Below are positions 26,238 to 39,210 of a DNA stretch of 60,000 bases, piece after piece. Positions within the stretch are counted from its first letter, which is position 1, and the number at the start of each line of letters is the position of its first letter. The notes under the pieces were generated by a model. The model did not search any database, had not been told where the DNA came from, and saw only the letters and a list, made by a program, of their open reading frames with translations. Origin of the DNA: Lytechinus pictus (Eukaryota); the NCBI RefSeq assembly GCF_037042905.1, contig NC_087246.1:2978001-3038000 (forward strand), given 5' to 3'. The position numbers and the translations under genes were made by a program.

Positions 26238-27421
26238 TAAACAAATATATCAGGCTTTGAGAAAGTATAGTGGAATTATTTATCCGAGGTTGGTCTGGCA
26301 ATTACTATTTTTCCCCGAGGGGCGCAGACACTAATCTGCGTTCCGCTGAGCGCGGTGGCTCGGAGAAAAGTAGGTAATTCAACGCAAGTAACAGGACTTT
26401 GCATGCTCAGCGCATAGATTTTGGTTATAAATTATTAAAAGTAGGATATAAAACAAATATATCAGGGGTTTCATTCGAAAGCATAGTGGGAATTATTAAT
26501 CCTCGGTTGGACTGGCAAAACTGCTATATTTATTTATCTCTGTGAATTTTGCTGTTACACCTCTTCAGAAAAAAAACCAATGTCAACTGTGTACACGCAG
26601 GTATAGTCTTTGTTGTCTTGATATGGGTATGTGGTTATGAATGAAAACAGCCTCTGTGGCCATTTGTGAATAGAACACATAAACAACAAACAAATAACAT
26701 TATATCCTACATAGAGTAAATCCTGTATAGTGATTGGTTCAAGTAGCATCATGTGACCTAATATATTATTCATTCATAACCACATACCCATATCAAGACA
26801 ACAAAGACTATACCTGCGTGTACACAGTTGACATTGGTTTTTTTTCTGAAGAGGTGTAACAGCAAAATTCACAGAGATAAATAAATACGTAGTGTGGTTC
26901 AATATGCAATATTATATCCTACATAGAGTAAATCCTGTATAGTGATTGGTTCAAGTAGCATCATGTGACCTAATATATTTCAACTATGATGTTGCGTGAC
27001 GTCAGACCTCGATATATTTCTGGATATACCAATATTATGACGTCATTATTTCACAAAACTGGATATCTCGGCGCACCGGCTTGCGCGCTCTCTCTCCCGG
27101 GCGCGCAAGTCCAGCGCGATGCGTCAGCGCAGACACTAATCTGCGTTCCGCTGAGCGCGGTGGCTCGGAGAAAAGTAGGTAATTCAACGCAAGTAACAGG
27201 ACTTTGCATGCTCAGCGCATAGATTTTGGTTATAAATTATTAAAAGTAGGATATAAAACAAATATATCAGGGGTTTCATTCGAAAGCATAGTGGGAATTA
27301 TTAATCCTCGGTTGGACTGGCAAAACTGCTATATCGCCCCTCGGGGAAAAATAGTAATTGCCAGACCAACCTCGGATAAATAATTCCACTATACTTTCTC
27401 AAAGCCTGATATATTTGTTTA
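26238..27421. mobile_element. Internally rearranged inverted-repeat element (possibly Crypton-type non-autonomous)
   Basis: 87 bp perfect inverted ends (26238-26324 / 27335-27421), no clear TSD, internal direct and inverted duplications. Confidence 0.6.
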
Positions 27422-27680
27422 ATATGTCTGTTCATTATAAAGCATAATGAATACGTACATACTATGGTTTTTTTTACCTCAAAGAAACAGGCATAGTATC
27501 CATAGATGGATATTGGCTGGCGGCTCATGACCATACAGATACAAAAAACATAAACAGTATCACTATGATCCATGGAGTAACAATACTGCTCTGTAAGTTT
27601 GTGAAGAAATCGGAACCATAACGGCATTGCATCGTTTCAAATTAGGGCATTATTTACTTCTATTTGATCTCAGTCTTATA

Positions 27681-27729
<49 letters not shown>

Positions 27730-29149
27730 AAATAAAAAATAATACTAATACAAATAATAATGCTAATACTAATAGGTTCCTTTTATCTCGCATTTCAAGA
27801 CAGGGTAAATTCACACTGCGCTTTACATGAAACAAACTTCTTTAAACATTTCAAACTTATGTCTTCATGCATCAATCAACATACTTTAAATGAATACAAA
27901 ACAAAGTGCATCTTAAATAAAACAAAAATGAATAAATAGTTAACAATACAGAAAAGATGTAGCTGCTGCAAGCTTAACAACAAACTAATGTATACCAGTC
28001 AGTCCTGATATCAGTATTAGTGTAACAATAGTCAGTGAACAATTCATGATTATACATAATTATATATGTTTGTTTGAATAATACTTGTTATAAAGATAGT
28101 AGTATGGTACTCTCTGTCACGAATTATTATGTATACTGTTGTATCACATTCATTTTCTATCCTGTTTTAGATTGCGCTGATGCATTTTGCACACAATGTA
28201 TAATGCCTATAACACGAGTGGGCCAGACCACACATGTATTTCAATAAAAACCGACTTGAGAAAATAACGTGTATATAAATATATAAATAAATAAATGCAT
28301 ATAATGTATATATATATGTATAAATATCATATACCTGTAATATAATCTGATATAAACTAATAAATAAATAAATAAATATAATACATATCATATATGAGAA
28401 GGTATTGCTAGTACTCGGTTCGTGCCTGAAAAGTAGTCTCGATGAAAAGAAAAAAGTTGTTGCTTCATTATATATTCCCATACTAAAAACAGCTTGATTA
28501 ACAGTTGCTAATCAGATAATAGAGACATGCGGTAAGTTGGTAAACTTACTTAAGGAGCATTCATGGCTCAACAAACAAACATATCGGTCTCTTAGTCAGT
28601 TTTACTTTTGTAGTCTTGCAAATTTGTGTCTTAGAAACCAAATATCTTGCGCCTCTTTTCGTTCCTGCCCAGTAAATACTTGTAAGATTTTCTTTTTTTT
28701 ACCGTCTGAATTGGCTTTCACCGTATGAATGCGGCTAATAACAATAAACACAATTACAATAATGATGAGGATTATTATTATCATCATCATTATTATTATT
28801 ATTATTAATATTATAATTGTTATCATTATTATTATTACTATTATTATCATCATTATGACTTATTAAGTAACCAAATATCATTCCCCAAAACCTGGGGGGG
28901 ATGATTGTACATGCCACCCCCCCCCCCCACCTTGTGAGGTGGGGGGGATGCATCCCCCTCATCCCCCCCCCGTTGTTATTGCACAATATCAGCATTCGAC
29001 ACGAAAGAAGATATAATATACCGATAATACTGAAACGCTTCATGACCGTATGTATGTCTTAATTTGCTTAGTTAAAGGGCAAATACCATATATTACTCGA
29101 TATTGCGATAAAATGACACCAAAAAGCAACCTCTGTAACAGTTCATTTT

Positions 29150-31520
29150 TCTCTATCAGCTACATTATAAAGAAATGAGGGCGCAGCAAAGCCTACCCCC
29201 CCCCCCCCTTATGGGACCGCCGGAGTCCCCCATCCTTTTTTCGTATTTTGCCCCTTTCTTGTAAAATTCGACATTTTTGGAGCCCCATCGAAGGGAAAAG
29301 ACGTTTCTGCTTTGCAGTAAAGTCACTTTATTGTTGTTTTACCACTTAGGAATAGAAGAATAGAGTTTTCTCTATCTGCTACATATAAAGAAGTGCTGGT
29401 ACAGCAAATCCCCTCTGGGGACTGTCAAAGTTACCCACCCTTTTTACGTATTTTACCCATTTATGGGAAAATATTCTAATTTGGAGCCCCGATTGAGGCA
29501 AAAAACGTTTCTGATATGGAATAAAGCCACTTTCATTCTTTTGAAACTACATGGAGATAAAAGAGTAGAGTTTCCTCTATCTGCTACATATAAAAAAGTG
29601 CTAGCATATTGAAGCATCCCCCTTGAGGGAGCGTCGAAATCACCAACCCCTTTTTCATATTTCACCTATATTTATGGGAAAATGTGCTATTTTCGAGCCC
29701 CCATTAAGGTAAAAAGGGTTTCTGCTATGTAGTAAAGCCACTTTTATTAGTTTAAAGCTATATGGAGACAAAAGAGTAGAGTTTTCTCTATCTGCTACAT
29801 ATAAAAAGTGCTGGCATATTGAAGCATACCCCTTAAGGGGGCGTCAAAATTACCCACCCCTTTTTCATGTTTCACCTATTTATGGGAAAATGTGCTATTT
29901 TCGAGCCCCCATTGAGGCAAAAAGTGTTGCTGCTATGTAGTAAGGCCACCTTTATTGTTTTTAAAGTATATGGAGACGAAAGAGTAGAGTTTTCTCTATC
30001 TGCTACATATAAAGGAGTGCTGGCATATTGAAGCATACCCCTTAAGGGGGCGTCGAAATTACCCACCCCTTTTTCATATTTCACCTATTTATGGGAAAAT
30101 GTGCTATTTCCGAGCCCCCATCGAGGCAAACAGTGTTGCTGCTACGTAGTAAAGTCACCTTTATTGGTTTAAAACTATATGGAGACAAAAGAGTAGAGTT
30201 TTCTCTATCTGCTACATATAAAGGAGTGCTGGTACAGCAAAGTCTACCCCCTCTGGGAACTGCTGAAATTACCCGCCCCTTTTACGTACTTTGCCCATTA
30301 ATGGGAAAATGTGCTATTTTTGAGCCCCCATTGAGGCAGAAAGTGTTTCTGCTATGTAGAAAAGCCACTTTTATTGGTTTAAAACTATATGGATACAAAA
30401 GAGTAGAGTTTCCTCTATCTGCTACATATAAAAAAGTGCTGGCATATTGAAGCATACCCCTTAAGGGGGCGTCGAAATTACCCACCCCTTTTTCATATTT
30501 CACCTATTTATGGGAAAATGTGCTATTTCCGAGCCCCCATCGAGGCAAACAGTGTTGCTGCTACGTAGTAAAGTCACCTTTATTGGTTTAAAACTATATG
30601 GAGACAAAAGAGTAGAGTTTTCTCTATCTGCTACATATAAAGGAGTGCTGGTACAGCAAAGTCTACCCCCTCTGGGAACTGCTGAAATCCCCCACCCCTT
30701 TTCCATATTTTAGCTATTTATGGGAAAATATGCTATTTTCGAGCCTCCATTGAGGCAAAAAATGTTTCTGCTATACATGTATAGTAAAGCCAGTTTTATT
30801 CTGTTGAAACTACGTGGAATTAAATAAGTAGACTTTCTTCTATCTGCTGCTAATAAGTGGTTGCACAGCAAAGCCTATCCCCTCTGGGGGTTCCCAAAGT
30901 CACCCACCCCTTTTCCATATTTTTCCAATATATGGGAAAATCTGCCAATCTTGGAGCCTCTGAAGAAGGTAGAAGTCGAAATGCCAGCACTCTTTTTACA
31001 TGTAGCTGATAGAAAAAAGCATATTCTTTTATTTCCAAGTGGTTTCCAAAATCAAAACTAGCTTTACTATATAGCAGAAATGCCCTTTTGCCTGAATGGG
31101 GGCTCAAACACTGCAATTTTTTCAATATAGAGGGAAAATAGACTTAAAAGTTGGAAGAGTTCGGCAGCACCTGAAGGGGGAAGGCTTCAGTATGCTACCA
31201 CATCTTTATATGTAACTTATAAAGAAGATCATACTTTGTCATCTCTATATGCTTACAAAACAAAAACAAGGGCTTTACTGCAAGGCAGAAACACATTTTG
31301 CCTCAATGGTTCTCCAAAATGACGAATTTTCCGAGAAATTGGCAAAATACGAAAAAAGGACTGACTTTGGTAGCCCCCTGAGGGGTAGGCTTTGCTATGC
31401 TCCAACTTATTTATATGTAGATGATAGAGAAAAGCCGAAAAGCCTACTCTTTTGTCTCTAAGTGATTTAAAGGAAAAAAATACATACCCAAAACAAAATT
31501 TGGCCACATTGGGGGCTCCG
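29150..31520. repeat. 209-212 bp satellite array inside the Academ-like element; orientation flips at ~30965
   Basis: ATGGGAAAAT anchor recurs at ~29463, 29674, 29882, 30091, 30301, 30510, 30720 and 30932; reversed diverged units at ~30975-31520. Confidence 0.92.
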
Positions 31521-33130
31521 AAAAGCACGATATCATAATAATCAAGCTACGGATAAGGGTGTGGTAAGTAACCTTCTACTGGCTCTTGTGGTACTATGCT
31601 TTAAGGTGCCCGAGAGTAATTGCATGCAAAATGAAAATGCAGAGCAATGCCTCGATCCTCTATCTTTTTTAAGAGATTTCATTATTATAAAAGTTGCTTT
31701 GTGTAGAAAACGCCTTTTACCCTCATACACATGATACAAGTAATACATACCTTTCTATCGATCGCTTTAAGCACGTTACATGCATTTCTGCATGTTAGGC
31801 ACATCAACAAAGGCGATGCAAGATAAAACAGATAGATGTCAATGCAAATGATTAATTTGGTTCATTTTTTTGGGGGGGGAATAAATTCTTGTGTTTTTTT
31901 CAAAATATATTTACCGGACTATTCAGAAAACAATTTCAACCGATTTCTACTATCCAAATAAATAGTGAAATGCGTATTCATTTAAGATTGTTCCATTGTC
32001 ACACTCTGTGCAAGAAAATATGAAAATAATTGATTTTCATTTAAAAAAAAGTCCAAGAAGGCCGCCAAAGATATCAATTTTGAACCCCGTTGGACACGAT
32101 GGGACACAATTTTGCAAAGGGAACATCAAGATTCATTAACTAGACACTTCAGGCAAATACAAAAACGTTGAGTGAAAAATATTTTGATGGTACGCAGGAA
32201 CCCCCTTATCCGACTCGACTACAACGATGCAGTCATACATGGCATAGGTTCGTTGTTGAAATCTAGGCTGAAAACGTAGCCTATAGACTGCCCAGTGGGC
32301 AATCAATCTTTGCTGAAATAATTTATTTATCAGCAGAGACATAATGGAGATGAAAATATGTTGTTTGGAAGATTTAATATCATGCAAAATGCAGGAAACA
32401 TCAATAAAGTAGGCATATCGTTCGAACACCTATGGTAAAAATAGGCCAAAAATGCACGATTTCTATGTGCGCATCATATTGAAAAGGGGGCTGAAATCAC
32501 AGTCTATAATGTCATTTCCAATTACTGGCATATATTTTCTAAAAGTAGAGATATAGATAAAGAGAATGATATTATGCTTGAGAGGAAATATATCAAATAA
32601 AGTACACTAAAACAGAAAATGAATTTCTGAATCGATTTTCGACAATTTTTGAAGCAAGAAATCTCCCAAACTAATGATATGCAAATTTCATTACGTAATT
32701 CGCACATGTAAACAATAATTTCTGTTCGTGAAAATTTGCATATCTCTTGTGCACTATTTGAACAATACATTTCGAAAGTTTCATACAAAACAAGCATGGT
32801 TTGGCGGAGATATTCCCCTTGACTTCATGCTATGTGTAGAATGTCTAAAAATTGGTGAAATAGGGCCATTTTGTAGTGACGTCATATATTACGTCATTTC
32901 GGAGGGAAGACCACGGATAGAACCCGGCAGCAATGCATTTTTGTAAACTTCAGGGTCCATGCCATCCAGCTATGGGGTCATTTGCTTGTCCGGCTTTCGG
33001 TTGAATAAACCTCCTGGGCTGCCGGACTATATGCTCTTATACTGGTTTTCGTTAATAGGTGAATAGTAGTTTTGTCTTTGAATGCATTTATATTTTATTT
33101 GTTTGATGTTCAGTAGTCTGTTTGTTTTAA

Positions 33131-33917
33131 AGGAGAATGAAACCCTTGAACCCAGCTGAATCCATATAAAAGAGAAAAATCAAAGAAACATATTGTTGAA
33201 AGTTTGAGGAAGATTGAATGAATAATAAGAAAGTTATGAGCATTTGAATATTGAGATCACTAATGCCATGTAGATCCTCCCATTGGCAATGCGACCAAGA
33301 TCTGTGATGTCACACACGTACAACTCGATCCCTCATTACTTTAGTACTTATTTCACTTATATTCTCACTTTTATAAGAGCCTATCACAAGGTGAGGTGTT
33401 CTCTTTATGAGAGGACAAGTACAGAGGTTTCACAACATTATATCATTGATGAATCGTTTGTCATATGATTAGAATGAGCAAAAAGAGATGTTTTGGGGTA
33501 TATTTCCAGTGTCCAAAACTGGACAACTCTCCCCTTTTGGACACTGAAAATGTACCCCAAAACATATCTTTTTGCTCATTCTAATCATATGACAAACGAT
33601 TCATCATTGATATAATGTTGTGAAACCTCTGTACTTGTCCTCTCATAAAGAGAACACCTCACCTTGTGATAGACTCTATAAAAGTGAGAATATAAGTGAA
33701 ATAAGTACTAAAGTAATGAGGGAGTTGTACGTGTGTGACATCACAGATCTTGGTCGCATTGCCAATGGGAGGATCTACATGGCATTAGTGATCTCAATAT
33801 TCAAATGCTCATAACTTTCTTATTATTCATTCAATCTTCCTCAAACTTTCAACAATATGTTTCTTTGATTTTTCTCTTTGATATGGATTCAGCTGGTTTC
33901 AAGGGTTTCATTCTCCT
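33131..33917. repeat. ~790 bp near-perfect palindrome made of two same-side arms of a TTAA (Kolobok-like) element
   Basis: TTAA|AGGAGAATGAAACCCTTGAA ... TTCAAGGGTTTCATTCTCCT|TTAA; centre ~33515-33535. Confidence 0.93.
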
Positions 33918-36900
33918 TTAAGTTGTACTTATTGTTGTACTTAAGGTTTATGTAACCGGATAAATAAAATGAATAATGAAAGCTGGGGGAGGGGGGGCCG
34001 GGCAGGGAGCACTGTCTTGCACCCCAAAAAAATCCCCGTATAGAAGTACTCAGTTTTCCAAAATGGGAAATTCCCTGTTTTTCCCCAAAATGAAATGTGC
34101 CGTTTTCGAAATGAAAAACCCAAGTAGGGCCTGTACATTTTAGATTTTAAAATCCCAATTTTGGGTTTATTGTTATAGGTCCTCACCGTTTCTGGTTATA
34201 AAAAAGGCTTAGAATGTCCTGTTTTCAGGCTGGAATATCTTTTAATTGCTCCCCGACTATAAAAAAACAGGCGGGCACCGATACAAATCAAAGGACAAGT
34301 CAACCCCAACAAAAAGTTTCTTTGAATCAAAAGAGAAAAATCCAACAAGCATAACACTGAAAATTTCATCAAAATCGGATGTAAAATAAAAAAGTTATGA
34401 AATTTTTAAGTTTCGCTTAATTTCACAAAATAGTTACTAGTATAAATTATGCACACTCCTGTCGGTATGCAAATGAGGGAACTGATGACATCACTCACTC
34501 ACTCACTGTTTATTTTGTATTTTATTATATGAACGAAATATACAAATTTTCTCCTCATTGTCCTGTAAAATTGTTTAACATTTTATGTTTCAGTCAAGTT
34601 GGTCCTTATTGTCAAATCTGTAAAAATTGAAATATTGTATAATTTAAACAATAAAAGCAAAAGAAAGTGGTGAGGGACATCATCGATTCTCTCATTTGCA
34701 TGTGACTAAATTGTGCATATAACTATTTTGTGAAAAATAAACGGAAATTTAAAATGTCATAACTTTCTTATTTTTCATCCGATTTTGATGAAATTTTCTG
34801 CATTATGCTTGTTTGATTTTTCTTTATTGATACAATTCAACCTTTTCCCGAGTGTCTAGGACTTTAAGCTCGCGCTTCGCACTCGCATTATCCGATGTAT
34901 CTTATAATTATGATTCCTATTGATGAGTCACTATAAACGCAGTCCTTAACAGGTTCCTTTCCTGGTGACTATATTTCAGCTCGCACTTCGCACTCGTGTT
35001 AATTTCTTTCAGGTAAATGCACATCTTATTAATGATTACAAAAACTGCTCAGAATTGTTTTATTTTCATTGCTTATTGAAATGTCCAAAAGTTTGAGCTT
35101 GCGATTCACGCTCGCAACACCTCCCAAGGATGCCCTTTAATTGATAAAAATAAACAGAGTTTTACAACATCAGTTTTAAAAAATTTTCCAAACCGCTCGC
35201 TCGTTACACCATCTCGCGAAAAATAAAGCCTAAATACATATCTTACCGTAATCAGAAATCACTTCAAAAAGACTTTACTTTGCTCCGCCTTCCCTCTTTA
35301 TGCCTCCCCATCCTCATAACAATTGAACAGCAACGGTGCCCCCCCCCCCCCCTCCACCACGCTTACCCTTCCAGTTTTCGCTGCTTCGCCACCGATTATT
35401 TCATTTTCGGTTTAACCATGGACCCAGTAGGTCCATGGTTTAACGAACGTTCGGAATAAAGAACTTTATTTACTTTTCGGATTAACAAACCTTCGAACAA
35501 CGAACTTTATTTCGTTTTCGGATAAACGAGCCTTCGGAACAACGAATCGTATTTCGTTTTCGGACTGACGAAACTTTGGAATAACGCCACAAATGTTTTG
35601 ATTACTGAACCCTTTTTCGTTTTCGGATTAACAAACATCGAGGTAAAGGCAATCATTTACCATGGGCGTACATGCAGGGGTCGGTGGCCGGAGGGGGGGG
35701 GGGGACAAGAGCTAGCCAAAACTATTCCCGGTCATTATCATGGTATGAACAGATCGACAGAGGTGCAGTGAGGCTATTTTTGGAGGGCAGATAATGGCGT
35801 ATCGGACACAATTTTATCTTTTAAAAAAGTTGTGAGGGAGCGAAGCGAGCTATATATAGCGAGCAAAAATCCAATATTGGGATAGATTTTGACACAATAT
35901 TCAGAAAATAATATCCTATTTCACCCTTCTCTCTTTCTTTTTTTTATCTGTACGCCACTGTGAACAGGATAGTGCGCGAAAAAGAGGGGCACAGAAAGGC
36001 ACATGTGCCAAAAAGCTGATTAACATATCCCCCTGAGCGAGCGAATCGAGCGAGAAAAAAAAATCACCTTTTCATGAGAATCTAACTTTGAGATATTACT
36101 TGACACTTTATTCATTAAAAAACATATCTTACACTTTTTCTTTTTTTGTTCATGGTTGTAGAACTTTTAGGGCCCATGGCCCAACCATTCCATCTGTACG
36201 CCAGTGCTATGCGGGATGGGTCCGGGGCGGAGACCTCTTGATATCAAAGCCATTGCAGATTGCCGCTACTTTTAATCAAATCGCTGGTATAAAGCTATTA
36301 AACAACATTCAACATTCAGTTGCGTAATGAACCAAACATTATTTTTGAGGGGACACAACATAGCAATGTGGGAAAGTCGCCAGAGAGCGAAGCGAGCTCG
36401 AAAAAAAAATGGCTTTTTGAATTAAAATTCAAATTATGTGACAGATTTTTCCATTATATTCAGCAAATAACATATTCATTGTTTTCCAATCATTGAACGT
36501 TGCCTCCTATATTTTCTTTTATTTCCCCTTGGGTGTGGAACTCCCCCCCCCCCCTCCCTACGGTACGCCAGTGATTGAACGTAAAGGAAGGGTCCATACA
36601 GGGGGCGTTATAAAGGTTTGAAGGTTACAGATGAAGAGCTCCTACTACATGGGGTCTGGGGCATAGCCTCCGGTAGCTTTGGAGATTTAGCCAAAGTAAT
36701 GATTGCGACCGTTATTGCATAAAATTTAGCAAGCTTATAACACAATTTTGTATGCAGTAGCTAGGCTATACACCTTTCTTCCCGTCATTTAATTTCAATC
36801 CTCGGCAGGGCCGGTCGTATTGAAGTTCTTTCTTTCTTTTTTCCCCCCTTTTCTTTGTTTTGCAATTTAGCTTTTGGCTCTTCATTTCCCGCTTTTGTTT

Positions 36901-37465
36901 GCCATTTCGTCATCTTTTAATTCATTCCCTTTCTTAATCATGCTAATGTATTAGTAGGGCTATTTCGAAATGTTTTGTTATTTCTCACATGTTCTTCGAT
37001 TCATTCCTTTTCCCGCTTTCCTCCGGCGTTTTTTCAATTTGTTATGTTTTTTCTTAGTTTTCTTTTCCTTTTTCTCTTTCCTTTTTCCTCCTTTCCTCTT
37101 TTTTCTCTTTCCTGTCCCTTTCCCTTTCTTTCTCCTTCCCTTTTCTCCTTTTCCCGTTTTTTCCCCCGGTGAAATGCGCCAGGGGGAATCTGCCCCGGAG
37201 TCTGCCCCCTGCCCCCTGCCCCCCCCCCCCTCTCCCCCCCCCCCCGGTCTGTTAGGTGTTTCGGAATTACGAACCTTCGGATTAACCTTCAAAATAACGA
37301 ATCTTCGGAATAACGAGGTACAACCACCTGATTTACCCCTATTTAGGTTAGATTTTCAGTAAAATTAATGTCAATGTTAAACCCTATCGGCCTATATATG
37401 CCCCTCAGTGCGCAACTGGGGCAACTCTGCAAACAGACTGCAAAGTGTTGCTGCCCTCTACTTTC

Positions 37466-37490
37466 CTTACGTCAGTCTTTTTCGTTCAAC
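37466..37490 (+). promoter_or_regulatory. TCT initiator / 5'TOP tract of RPL23A (CTTTTTC at 37477-37483) preceded by a CRE-like TTACGTCA
   Basis: Pyrimidine tract starting 14 nt upstream of the ATG, as expected for ribosomal protein genes. Confidence 0.65.
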
Positions 37491-37515
37491 ATGGCTCCTA
37501 AGTCAAGAACAGAGG
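37491..37515 (+). CDS. RPL23A: 60S ribosomal protein L23a (uL23) exon 1 (MAPKSRTE)
   Basis: ATGGCTCCTAAG..GAG G|gtattt, 25 nt, phase 1; MAPK start typical of L23a. Confidence 0.88.
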
Positions 37516-39210
37516 GTATTTATCGACGGTTTTTATATGATAATACTGAACGACATAGGAATTTTCATTACATAATACCAATGTCATAACATACTCTATT
37601 AATTACAGATTATGTTCTAACCTTTTTTTATAAAACTTTTTTTTAAATTAAGTAGAATTTCACCCATGATAATGATTCGTCAAAGGCAGAGTGAGCCTAG
37701 TTCAGACGAACGTGTCGTGATCCATGTGTGCTAGCAGTAGCAAAGCTCGCTGTGCAGCGTGCTGCTGTGGGTATAGTGCAGGGGGGTGCACTGCACGTGT
37801 GTTCAGTACAGCAGTGTGGTCTCGCACAGATCAGACGGATTTACTTGACCGGTTGCACATGTACATGAGCCCATTCCTGATAAACCTCAGCAAGAACCCC
37901 ATTTAACAATAACATGCCCAGTCATGATGGCAAACCTATCTATCTAGTCTAAAAAAAGTCACAGTTTTGGATTTTAATCAAAATATTATCCTGGACCCTG
38001 GTTATAATTATATTTGTTAATTGTCATGAATCATGATTATTTGTTGAGTGAGGCGATGATGATTGAAGTTGAGTGTGACTGTGACTGGACTGTGAGGTCT
38101 CAATCTTGCAGTCTCCTTGATATTATATAGACTAAACTGAGTGATTGTGTTATAGATATAGGCTACTATTAGTTACCAACTGGCCTTGTTGTATTACTGA
38201 ACAAGCGCATTTATGCTTATGGTAGGGTGTCTGAAGCCACACTGAAAAGTGTCAGCATAAAACGGGCCGATTTAGGGGGAAATATGGCACATTTTTTTGG
38301 GGAAATTCAGGCTGCTAGAAATATGTGATCTGAATTAATTATAAACTTGTGTTTGGCATGTATGGAAAGAGAAAATTCAGGGGCTTCTTTTGACAGTAAG
38401 GACAAGTTTATAGGATTATTTGAAATGAGGATTTAGAGATAAATTGCAAACCCTTATTTGTGTGTGTGTTGAGATTGCCATTTCCCCATGCGTTTTCTAT
38501 GGGAAAATGAAATTTCTGTTTTGCGCAAATGTTTTTACTTTGTCGCAATTTTTCATTGTGATCTGGTTTCCAAATCTTTAAAAAAATCATACCATCAGAA
38601 AGAGCATAACAAATCCTATTGGACTCTTTATGGACAAGTTTTTGGCATTAATAATAAATTTTTAGCAGCTCTCGGAAGCTAAAAATTTGGATTTGTGTGT
38701 GTCCATTTCTTAAAGGAGAATGAAACCAGCTGAATCCATATCAAAGAGAAAAATCAAAGAAACATATTGTTGAAAGTTTGAGGAAGATTGAATGAATAAT
38801 AAGAAAGTTATGAGCATTTGAATATTGTGATCACTAATGCCATGTAGATCCTCCTATTGGCAATGCGACCAAGATCTGTGATGTCACACACGTACAACTC
38901 CCTCATTGCTTTAGTACTTAGTTCACTTATATTCTCACTTTTATAGAATCTATCACAAGGTGAGGTGTTCTCTTTATGAGAGGACAAGTACAGAGGTTTC
39001 ACAACATTATATCATTGATGAATCGTTTGTCATATGATTAGAATGAGCAAAAAGAGATGTTTTGGGGCATATTTTCAGTGTCCAAAAGGGGAGAGTTGTT
39101 CATCTGTGATATCATAGATCTTGGTTGCGTTGCCAATAGGAGGATCTCCATAGCATTAGTGATCTCGACATTCAAATGCTCATAACTCTTCTATTGCTAG
39201 TCCTATTTTA

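Larger units (their letters stand above)
24312..33029. mobile_element. Non-autonomous Academ-like element with ~1.1 kb TIRs
   Basis: TAGTCCGGCAGCCCAGGAGG... inverted at 33029; arms ~24312-25420 and ~31890-33029 (mirror ORFs 24547+ and 32797-); 3 bp TSD TAT. Confidence 0.85.

Noticed and set aside
29453..31528. Family of repeated 66-119 aa ORFs (MKYEKGVG.., MGKCAIS..)
   Set aside because: They arise from a 209-210 bp satellite whose frames break between units.
36970..37362. Lys-rich and Phe-rich ORFs upstream of RPL23A
   Set aside because: Low-complexity polypyrimidine and poly-C tracts of a repeat remnant.
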